Virus record (IMG/VR): IMGVR_UViG_3300028887_000067
Span: 160,001 to 224,000 of that record
DNA: 64,000 nucleotides
Direction: 5' to 3' (one strand)
Origin: a virus
Lineage: Duplodnaviria; Caudoviricetes
Position 1 is the first letter of the stretch. Each line of letters starts with the position of its first letter. The notes beneath the pieces were generated by a model. It made no database searches, was not told the origin of the DNA, and saw only the letters and a program-made list of their open reading frames with translations. Both the position numbers and the translations under genes were made by a program. This document shows positions 9,509-19,100 of this stretch, piece by piece.

Positions 9509-9631
9509 TTCTGGAAACATATCGTTGTGTCCTTCAGGTTGAAGTACCGTATATAATTGGTCCGAACACGGAAGAGATCGCCCAAACCATTGTTCGGGAG
9601 CATATCATCAATACATAGAGGTCGGCGTCGG

Positions 9632-10222
9632 TCATTTTGATACCATAAGCTGCTCTCCCGCTTTCTTTATGCAAGTCAGCAGGACTTCTTTCCAATTTCC
9701 ATTCTGGTCGAACTTGCCGGCGAGCTCGATGGGCCGGTCCACGATCTTCTTCCGGTTTTTCGATATGCCTAGCTTGAACGTGGTGCTGTCGGCGAAGCTG
9801 AAGTTGAGCATGATGGATTCGTTCTTGAACACCGACATGTACTTCGATTCGCAGTCACGCTTGAATCCGGCGCCGACCAGTAAGTCGGTAAGCGCCTTCC
9901 TGTTCTCGTCGGATGCGTTCTTCTCTTTTACCAGCTCGGTTTCCTTGATGGCCACGTAGACGCTTATCTGTCCGCAGGCGGCGTCCGGCGCGGCATCCTT
10001 GAGCGTGATGGAGTCGGTCTTGGCGCCAGCGTAGTTCACGAACGCCACCCTGATGGTCTTGTGGCCGCCCGGATTGGAAAACGTTACCGAAACGCTACCT
10101 TCCAGCCTCAGTTTCTCGTCGGTGAGATTGATCGAAATGCTGTGACCGTCGTCACGTGCTATCTCGTGCGTGAGCGAGAGCCTGTCGGTTATGGCCTGCT
10201 TGTATAGTTCTAGCGGAGACAT
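9632..10222 (-). CDS. Hypothetical protein
   Basis: 196-aa ORF following 10224-10763 in an operon-like arrangement. Confidence 0.65.
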   Translation of the reverse strand: MSPLELYKQAITDRLSLTHEIARDDGHSISINLTDEKLRLEGSVSVTFSNPGGHKTIRVAFVNYAGAKTDSITLKDAAPDAACGQISVYVAIKETELVKEKNASDENRKALTDLLVGAGFKRDCESKYMSVFKNESIMLNFSFADSTTFKLGISKNRKKIVDRPIELAGKFDQNGNWKEVLLTCIKKAGEQLMVSK

Positions 10223-10223
10223 A

Positions 10224-10763
10224 TCATTCCTTGGTTGCTGGCTTGAGCGCCGGGTCTTTCTCGACCGCGTTGCTGATGTCGAAGTCTATATGCACCTGCG
10301 ACATGATCAGGTCTACCTCGCTTAGGATCCCGCCCGCGATGTCGGGGTCGAGCTTGGACGCTTTCTTCCGCAGGCGTTCGCAGGCGTCCTTGATGATGTC
10401 GTACTGTTTCGGGGCCAGGTCTTTCCGCGTGAAGTAGAGCCTGTGCGCGTTGGTGAGCGAACGGAACAGGCTGGACTCGCCCGTGAACTGCAACGTGGAT
10501 TCGGCCGTCACCTCGCCCATCGTGATGAACACGCGCTCGACGTTGGCCTTGCCGTCCTTGGACGAGTACGTGCCCCTGAACTTGCCGTAGAGGTCGCCTG
10601 CCGCGTATTCGCCGGAGAACCCGATAGTCTCCGTGTGCAGTACCTTCCTGATGGAATGAGTCTCGACCACGGCCACCTCGGCGTCCGCCTCGAACACGAA
10701 CGACATCGCGTCTGACAGCTGCTTGGCGAATAGATCGTTGAAGTTCTCGGACTCGAAAATCAT
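10224..10763 (-). CDS. Hypothetical protein
   Basis: 179-aa ORF with typical codon usage. Confidence 0.65.
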   Translation of the reverse strand: MIFESENFNDLFAKQLSDAMSFVFEADAEVAVVETHSIRKVLHTETIGFSGEYAAGDLYGKFRGTYSSKDGKANVERVFITMGEVTAESTLQFTGESSLFRSLTNAHRLYFTRKDLAPKQYDIIKDACERLRKKASKLDPDIAGGILSEVDLIMSQVHIDFDISNAVEKDPALKPATKE

Positions 10764-10887
10764 CGAAATACCCCGAATTTGGATTATAAACTATAAATTA
10801 TTACATTCCCGGTCAAATGAGCTAGTTTAGAATGAAGGCGGGACAACGGCCCGTTCTTCGGTTTTAACTACAATATGAGGATTTTTA

Positions 10888-11442
10888 ATGCGTTCACGCG
10901 ATGAAATAAAAGTTTTCCTGAAGGATGTGCAAGGCAAGGATTTGGGTATTGTCGAACGTGCGAAGCTTTTTGCCGAGTTCGCCCACGCGGGGCAGCTCGA
11001 CAAGGGAGGACAGAACTACATCTACCACCCCACGCGGGTCGCCGAGTCGACCGCCGAGGCCTACAATGACGACTACCTCACCGCGATAGCCTACATGCAC
11101 GATGTCGTAGAGGACGGTGGTTTCACCGTTAGCGACCTAGCCGCCTACTTCCCGGTGGCCGTCTGGAAGACGGTCGAGCTCCTGACGAGGGGCAAGTCCG
11201 ACGAGAGGTCGAAGTATATCGACACCATCGCCACCAACCTTCTCGCTACCAAGGTCAAGCTGATGGACCTGAAGGACAACATGAACCTCTCCAGGCTCAC
11301 CTACGTGACGGAGAAGGACAACCAACGACAGAGCCGATACGTGGACGAGTACAGAAAGCTGAACGCCGTGCTCGCCAATTTCAACGAGACCCTGTCGCCG
11401 GAAGAGATGGAAACCGAGACCTACGCCGACCTGTATATGTAG
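10888..11442 (+). CDS. HD-domain hydrolase, RelA/SpoT (small alarmone hydrolase)-like
   Basis: AHAGQLDKGGQNYIYHP, AYMHDVVED, VKLMDLKDNM motifs. Confidence 0.85.
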   Translation: MRSRDEIKVFLKDVQGKDLGIVERAKLFAEFAHAGQLDKGGQNYIYHPTRVAESTAEAYNDDYLTAIAYMHDVVEDGGFTVSDLAAYFPVAVWKTVELLTRGKSDERSKYIDTIATNLLATKVKLMDLKDNMNLSRLTYVTEKDNQRQSRYVDEYRKLNAVLANFNETLSPEEMETETYADLYM

Positions 11443-11455
11443 GATAATCCGCTGC

Positions 11456-11495
11456 GAAAAACAAAAAAGCCGCTTCCCAGCGGCTTTTGTTTGTT
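11456..11495. terminator. Bidirectional terminator between convergent genes
   Basis: AAAAGCCGCT-TCCC-AGCGGCTTTT flanked by A and T tracts. Confidence 0.8.
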
Positions 11496-11507
11496 GATGG
11501 TTGATGT

Positions 11508-12230
11508 TTAGATGATCCAGTCGACGGCGGCGATGACCGGCTTGTAGTTCTTGAACGGTTCAATCCGGCTTCCCCACTTCGTCATGTTTCCGCAGAGCCC
11601 CGTGTTGTACGGGAAAAGCTTGCTGTACTTGCACTCGGCAGGTTCGTCGTGGAGACGGAGAAGCGAGAGTCCTTCGTGGCAGGCGAGCATGTCGTGCTGT
11701 AGCTTGCCGCGACGCACCCCGTACTCGTCCTCGATCATCTGCCTCATCCCCGCCCATATGCCGTCCGTCGTGTTCCTCTGGTTGTGGCACACGTTCTTGC
11801 CGACGAGAATGATCTGCTTGATGTTGTCGCTCGTGAGGACTTCCTCGGTCGCCTTTACGTCGCAGTTGAAGTTGTAAGTCCGGACTTCGGACTTGCCCCT
11901 GAACTTATCGAGCTGGCGCGGGATGGGAACCACGTTCGCGCCGACGAAACCGCCGTTCATCACGAGGTTCTCCAGCTTGTGGTTCCTGACGTAGCGGGCG
12001 ACCGAAGTGAGGGCGCCCCCGATGAAAATGGTGTCGGTTCCTTCGGGAATCTCGTCGAGCACCTCGATGCCGAGATTCCTGAGGAGTTCAACTCTCTGTT
12101 TGCCGACTTCCGAAGCCGGCTTGGGATCGAGCACGACGTTCGCAAGGACCCCCTTGTCGAACATATACCTTGCCGCGATCAAATCATCGACGTCCTGGTC
12201 GATGTCTGCTATGTATGTGATCTGTTTCAT
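11508..12230 (-). CDS. Nucleoside hydrolase-like protein (IU-NH fold)
   Basis: N-terminal DIDQDVDD, GGALT, MNGG, YNFNCD and HD motifs. Start is uncertain (12230-12254). Confidence 0.75.
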   Translation of the reverse strand: MKQITYIADIDQDVDDLIAARYMFDKGVLANVVLDPKPASEVGKQRVELLRNLGIEVLDEIPEGTDTIFIGGALTSVARYVRNHKLENLVMNGGFVGANVVPIPRQLDKFRGKSEVRTYNFNCDVKATEEVLTSDNIKQIILVGKNVCHNQRNTTDGIWAGMRQMIEDEYGVRRGKLQHDMLACHEGLSLLRLHDEPAECKYSKLFPYNTGLCGNMTKWGSRIEPFKNYKPVIAAVDWII

Positions 12231-12239
12231 AATGGCCAT

Positions 12240-12268
12240 AATATACATTATCATGACCGTCTTGTCAA
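12240..12268 (-). promoter_or_regulatory. Sigma70-type promoter of the nucleoside hydrolase gene
   Basis: TTGACA-17 nt-TATATT on the minus strand. Confidence 0.75.
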
Positions 12269-12281
12269 TACTTGTTCCGAA

Positions 12282-13028
12282 TTATTGTTTCGCTTTTGCA
12301 GCCACGTCGGGAGCGATCAGGTCGTCCGTGCTTTCCTCCGGCGCTTCGGGAGCGGGAGCCGGAGCGGGCTCGGTTTTAGGCGCCGGCTTCGGCTGCGGTT
12401 TGGCCTTTGCCACGGCTGCCTTCTTGGCCTTGCTCGCCTCCTGCGCACGCTGTATGGACTCGCGACTGCAGGACTGTACTAGGATGAGGACGGCCTTGGA
12501 TATGTCCTTCACCGTGTAGTTGTCGCCCGATTTCATCGCGAACTGGGTCACCGCCTTGGTGAAGAAGGGCACCAACTTATCCAGCTTGACTTGCTGTGCG
12601 GCGTTGGTGACGCCGAGGGTCCGGAGCGCGTATCGTGCGGTCTTCAGCAGGTTCCCGGATTTCTTGAAGTCCTCGACGAGCTTAGCGGGGGTCGGGCGAA
12701 GACCCTGTTCGACCGAGTCGCTGTTGACGGCGTCGGCCTGCATCTCGGGCGTTGCCGCTGTCTCAGGTGAGATTTCAGTGGACGGCTCAGTTGACTGGTC
12801 GACCGGTTCAGACGGCTGTTCGGGCTGGGCTTCGGGATCGCCGGATGTTTCGCCGGTAGCTTGTACATCGGGGGCCTCCAGCGAGTCGTCCGTGGCTTCC
12901 GCAGGTCCGGCGTCGCTATCGGATGGCATATCCTCGTCCTTGAACGGGCTCGCGCCTTCCTCACCCTCGAAGATGAAGCACCCGCCGTTGCGGAACGCTG
13001 CGATGAAGTCATATTCGTTCTGTTTCAT
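12282..13028 (-). CDS. Hypothetical acidic/Pro-Ala-rich protein (possible virion protein)
   Basis: Likely start MKQNEYDF at 13028, with SD GAGGG and a TATAAACT motif at 13054-13061. Confidence 0.65.
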   Translation of the reverse strand: MKQNEYDFIAAFRNGGCFIFEGEEGASPFKDEDMPSDSDAGPAEATDDSLEAPDVQATGETSGDPEAQPEQPSEPVDQSTEPSTEISPETAATPEMQADAVNSDSVEQGLRPTPAKLVEDFKKSGNLLKTARYALRTLGVTNAAQQVKLDKLVPFFTKAVTQFAMKSGDNYTVKDISKAVLILVQSCSRESIQRAQEASKAKKAAVAKAKPQPKPAPKTEPAPAPAPEAPEESTDDLIAPDVAAKAKQ

Positions 13029-13121
13029 GTCTGCCCTCGTGTCAGTCTCCCGTAGTTTATAAGGTTTTTCCTTTGATCCTCTGATAAACTGACGGGTGAA
13101 CGCGAACGCGGATGGAGAACT

Positions 13122-16100
13122 ATGGAGATTACTACGCACGTTTTGACATCAAAACAAACCTTGAGCACTGACCAACAGCACCAGGCTCGTAAGAACGTAC
13201 AGGCGGTCGGCGCGGTCAAAGTTGACGGCTCGACCACGATTTCTCCAGATCCAAACAATAACGACATAGTTGACCTTTCTGGCGCATTCGATACAATCCA
13301 GAACGCAATCGAGAACGTGCGACAAGTCCCTACCGTTCAATCGTCGGACAATGGCAAGGTACTGGGGGTGACCGACGCGAATGGCTCGATCGGGTGGGTT
13401 GAATCGCAGGTGGCTTCCCAGGTAAATGCGGACTGGACGGCTACTGAAGGCGTTGCGGAAATTCTTCACAAGCCGGATTTGAGCGTATATGCCCAAGCTG
13501 CTGACTTGTCTTCCGTGGCAACTTCGGGGTCGTACAATGACCTCGAAGATAAGCCGGACCTCGCTGGATACGCGGTTAAATCGGAAATGTCGGTAACGGC
13601 TGGTTCAGGCGCGGACGTTGACAAGACGACTATTCAGCTGAAGTCTGGTATATCCGCCACCGTCCTTACTACGCACCAAGATGTCACGGGAAAGGCTGAC
13701 AAGGTGGCTAACGCGACGGTCGGTAACTTGGCCTCGCTTGACTCCAACGGCAACTTGTCCGATTCTGGCGTGGCGTCGGCCAACTTGGTCCATGACGGCT
13801 CGTACGTACATACGGACAACAACTACACGAACGCCGACAAGACTAAGCTGGAGGGTATTGCTTCCGGTGCCGAGGTCAACATTCAGAGCGACTGGAACCA
13901 GACCGATGATACCGCCGACGACTTTATCAAGAACAAGCCTGAGATTCCCGCCGCGCAAGTCAAGGCAGACTGGAACGCAAGCGGAACCGTTGCCGAAATT
14001 CTTAACAAGCCGACAATTCCCACGGTCGACCAAGCATTTGATGCGACATCGACCAATGCCCAATCGGGTGTCGCCGTGTCCGGTGCCGTATCGGGCAAAT
14101 ATGAAAAACCGTCAGGTGGGATTCCGGCGACTGACTTGGAATCAGCTGTGCAGACGTCCTTAGGTAAATCCGATTCCGCGATTCAGGGTGTAAAGGTCAA
14201 TCATTCGTTATTGACGCCCGACGCGGACAAGGTAGTTGACGTCGTAGTCGACGAAGTCCCTACGGTGACCAGTACCGATAACGGCAAGGTTCTGAAGGCG
14301 TCGTATAACAATGGGGTTGCTTCGTATGCTTGGCAATCGGAAGGCGGTGGATCCCAGAGCGTGGTTGACCAGCACTACAGCGCGTCGTCCACCAATGCGC
14401 AGTCCGGTACCGCCGTTGCTGAGGCTATCGGCACGGTTCGACAGGTTCCGTCTACTCAGTCGAGCGACGAGAATAAAGTGCTCGGGGTTACTGATGCGAA
14501 CGGAACGCTCGGGTGGGTTACTCCTGCGGCTTCGCAGGTAAACGCCGACTGGAATGCGACATCGGGTGCTGCAGAAATACTTAACAAGCCTTCCTTGGCG
14601 GCGGTGGCCACATCGGGTGCATATTCAGACTTGAGCGGGACGCCGGACCTTAGTAACTACGTCACCGATGCGTCATACGTCCACACGGACAATAACTACA
14701 CGAACGCCGACAAGAACAAGCTCGCCGGCATTGCCGCCGGCGCAGAGGTCAACGTTCAGAGCGACTGGAACCAGACTGATGATACCGCCGACGATTTTAT
14801 AAAGAATAAACCGACGATTCCATCGTTCAACCAGACACAGATGGATGCAATCGATAGCGGGATTACATCAGCCAAGGTTGACGGCTACGATCGCCACGTG
14901 TCGGACACGGATGTCCATGTCACCACTTCGGATAAAACTGCGTGGAATGCTAAGTATGACAAGCCGTCCGGTGGCATTCCTAAGGCGGATATGGCAGACG
15001 CCGTCCAGACGTCGCTAGGAAAGGCCGACACCGCGTTGCAAGAGCATCAGGATATTTCGGGAAAGGCCGATAAATCTGAGATGTCGGTGGTTGCCGGAAC
15101 AGGAACCAATGCGGACAAGACGACGATTACGTTGAAGAGCGGAACATCAGCGACAGTGTTGACTTCTCACCAGGATATCAGTGGTAAGCAAGATGTCATA
15201 AGCGACTTATCCGATATCCGTAGCGGGGCCTCCGCCGGCGCGACCGCCGTACAACCGGGTGACCTCGCGACCGTGGCCACGTCGGGTTCGTACAGCGACC
15301 TGTCCAACAAACCGACAATTCCTGCGGCTCAGGTAAATTCCGACTGGAATGCTTCTTCTGGTGTTGCAGAAATTCTCAATAAGCCTTCTTTGTCTGCGGT
15401 GGCTACTTCGGGTTCGTACACGGATTTGACCGATACGCCGTCTATTCCTGCGGCTCAGGTAAATTCCGATTGGGATGCTTCTTCCGGCGTTGCCCAAATT
15501 CTCAATAAGCCGTCTTTGGCTACGGTGGCTACGTCCGGCGATTACGACGACTTAACCAATAAGCCGTTAATTCCGGACGCCCAGGTAAATTCCGACTGGA
15601 ATGCTTCTTCTGGTGTTGCAGAAATTCTTAACAAGCCTACCTTGGCTACGGTGGCTACGTCCGGTGATTACGATGACTTAACCAATAAGCCGTCGATTCC
15701 TGCGGCTCAGGTAAATTCCGACTGGGATGCTTTCTCTGGCGTTGCTCAAATTCTCAATAAGCCTACCTTAGCTGCGGTGGCTACGTCGGGTTCGTACAAC
15801 GATTTGTCCAACAAACCGACGATTCCTGCGGCTCAAGTTCAGTCAGATTGGGAGCAAGATGATTCTAGCGAAGTTGACTATATCAAGAATAAACCTTCCT
15901 TGGCTTCGGTGGCCACGTCGGGTTCGTACAACGACTTAACCAATAAGCCGACGATTCCTGCGGCTCAAGTAAATTCCGACTGGAATGCTTCTTCCGGCGT
16001 TGCGGAAATTCTTAACAAGCCGTCGATCCCTAGTGTTGATCAATCATATGGCTCTTCTTCCACTAATGCGCAGTCCGGTACCGCAGTCGCGGAAGCCATC

Positions 16101-19100
16101 GGCACGGTTCGGCAGGTTCCGTCTACTCAGTCGAGCGACAACGGCAAGGTGCTCGGAGTTACCGATACGAGTGGTTCGCTTGGCTGGGTGGACCAGCCGG
16201 CCGATGAGCTGCCATCTATTACCGGAAACGGCGGTAAGGTGCTGAAAGTCAACGCTGGCGCTACTGCGGTCGAATGGGACGACGAAACTGACACTACCTA
16301 TGAAAGCAAGACAGCTGCGGAAAGCGGAACCGATGTGTCCTTGGTTACGACCGGCGAGAAATACACTTGGGACCATAAGCAAGATGCCCTCTCCTTTGAC
16401 GGTACATACACCGCATCGTCCAACAAGGTTGCTACCGAGTCCACCGTTAGCTCTGCTGTACAGGCTCTCGATGCCGAAGTTACGTCATCCGACGGCACGA
16501 ACGTGCAAGTCAAGGTTACCGAGGCGAACGGCAAGGTCACCGCAGTGAACATCACTACGGACAATACCGAGTCGAAATCCAACAAGAAGCAGAGCATTGA
16601 CTCGACTTCGGAAACCGAATATCCGTCGAGCAAGGCGGTCGCCAACTTTGTCAATTCGTCCGTGGCCACGGCGACGGCGAGGTTCCTTGGCAGCTTTACG
16701 CTGACCAACCTGGGCCTGTCCTACGGCGCTACCAATGCGCAGATTGCGACTGCTCTCGACAACCATACCTGGCCGAGCGGAACGACGCCGACCAATAACG
16801 ACTACGTGTACGTGGAGATACAAGACCCGCAGACCACTGGCATTGATGACGAGGTTCGCCGGTTCAAGTTCAACGGAACTGTATGGGCCTACGAATACAC
16901 GCTGAACAACTCTTCGTTCACCGCTGCTGAAAAGGCCGCTATCGATTCCGGAATCACCGCGACTGCGGTGAGCAACTACAATACCCACATTGACGATACC
17001 GATATTCATGTTACATCGTCGGACAAGAGTGATTGGAATGCTAAATACGATCTCCCTTCTGGTGGCATTCCCAGCACCGATCTCAGCTCGGATGTCCAGA
17101 CATCACTTGGAAAGGCAGATACCGCGTTGCAGTCCCACCAGGATATTAGCGGCAAGGCTGATAAGGTAAGCGGGGCGACGAGTGGAAACTTCGCTGCTCT
17201 GGATGGCAACGGCAACCTCGTTGACTCCAACAGCAAGGCCAGCGACTTCGCTACCTCTGCACAGGGTACCAAGGCCGATTCTGCCATACAGGAAATCAAG
17301 GTCAATGGGTCTTCCCAGTCACCCGATGCAAACAAGGTGATCGATATTACAGTCCCGGCTGCACAAGTCAACTCGGATTGGAATGCTTCATCGGGTGTAG
17401 CGGAAATCCTTAATAAGCCAAATCTCGGACTATATGCAGAAAAGTCCGAAATGTCGGTGACGGCGGGAACAGGAACCGATGCGGACAAAACCACTATCCA
17501 ATTGAAGACGGGATTGACCGCGACGGTTCTTACCGCCCACCAAGACATAAGCGGTAAGCAGGATACTATTAGTGATTTGCAGACTATTCGTGAGGGCGCA
17601 TCTGCCGGAGCGACCGCTTACCAGAAGCCGTCTGGGGGTATTCCTGATACTGACCTCAGTTCATCTGTTCAGACATCACTAGGAAAAGCGGACACCGCTC
17701 TCCAGAGTCATCAGGACATCAGCGGGAAAGCCGATAAGGTCAGTGGTGCCACTAACGGAAACTTTGCGGGCCTCGACAGTAACGGTAATCTTACCGATTC
17801 CGGGAGCAAGGCCGGCGATTTTGCAACAGCGGCGCAAGGCGGAAAAGCAGATACAGCGGTTCAGCCAGGCGACCTGGCCACTGTCGCAACCAGCGGGTCA
17901 TACACTGACCTCTCCAATACTCCGGACTTGTCTGATTATGTGTTGTCATCCAGTCTGGCCACTGTCGCAACCTCCGGCTCCTATACCGATCTAAGCAATA
18001 CACCTGATATCCCGACGGTCGACCAAACGTATGATGGTACCTCTGCCAACGCCCAATCTGGTGTTGCCGTGGCAAGCGTAATATCGGATAAGGCCGATAA
18101 GGTGAGCGGTGCAACAAACGGTAACTTTGCCGGCCTCGACTCTAACGGAAATCTCACCGATTCCGGTAGCAAGGCCGGCGACTTCGCCACCTCTGCACAG
18201 GGTGCCAAGGCTGATTCGGCATATCAGAAGCCGTCCGGTGGCATTCCCGATACTGACCTCAGTTCTGGGGTACAAGCGTCGCTCGGAAAAGCAGATACGG
18301 CGGTTCAACCGGGCAACCTGGCCACGGTTGCAACCAGTGGGTCGTACACTGATCTCTCCAACACTCCGGACTTGTCTGGTTATGCGTTGTCATCCAGCCT
18401 GGCCACCGTCGCAACCAGTGGTGACTATAATGACTTGGATAATCTGCCGACTATTCCGACCGTTGACCAGTCATATGATGCGTCTTCGGTCAATGCCCAG
18501 TCCGGTGTCGCTGTGGCAAGCGCAATCTCGGATAAAGCCGATAAAGTATCTTCCGCAACTAACGGCAACTTTGCCGGCCTCGACAGTAACGGCAATCTTA
18601 CTGATTCCGGGAGCAAGGCCAGCGACTTCGCTACAGCAGCACAGGGTGCCAAGGCTGATTCGGCATATCAGAAGCCGTCGGGGGGTATTCCCGATACTGA
18701 CCTCAGTTCATCTGTCCAGACATCACTTGGAAAGGCAGATACCGCGTTGCAGTCCCACCAGGATATTAGCGGCAAGGCTGATAAGGTAAGCGGTGCCACA
18801 AACGGTAACTTTGCTGGCCTCGACTCCAGTGGAAATCTCACCGATTCGGGTAGCAAGGCCAGTGACTTCGCTACAGCAGCACAGGGTACCCTGGCCGATT
18901 CGGCATATCAGAAGCCATCCGGAGGCATTCCTGATACTGACCTCAGTTCTGGGGTGCAAGCGTCGCTTGCTAAGGCAGATACCGCTTTGCAGTCCCACCA
19001 GGACATCAGCGGTAAAGCCGATAAGGTAAGCGGTGCCACAAACGGCAACTTTGCCGGTCTTGACTCTAACGGAAATCTCACCGATTCCGGTAGCAAGGCC

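Noticed and set aside
9509-9635. Short minus-strand frames next to IS copy 1 (MTDADLYVLM..., or a frame whose stop would fall in the TAM after excision)
   Set aside because: Two competing ~33-codon frames with no way to choose between them from sequence alone.
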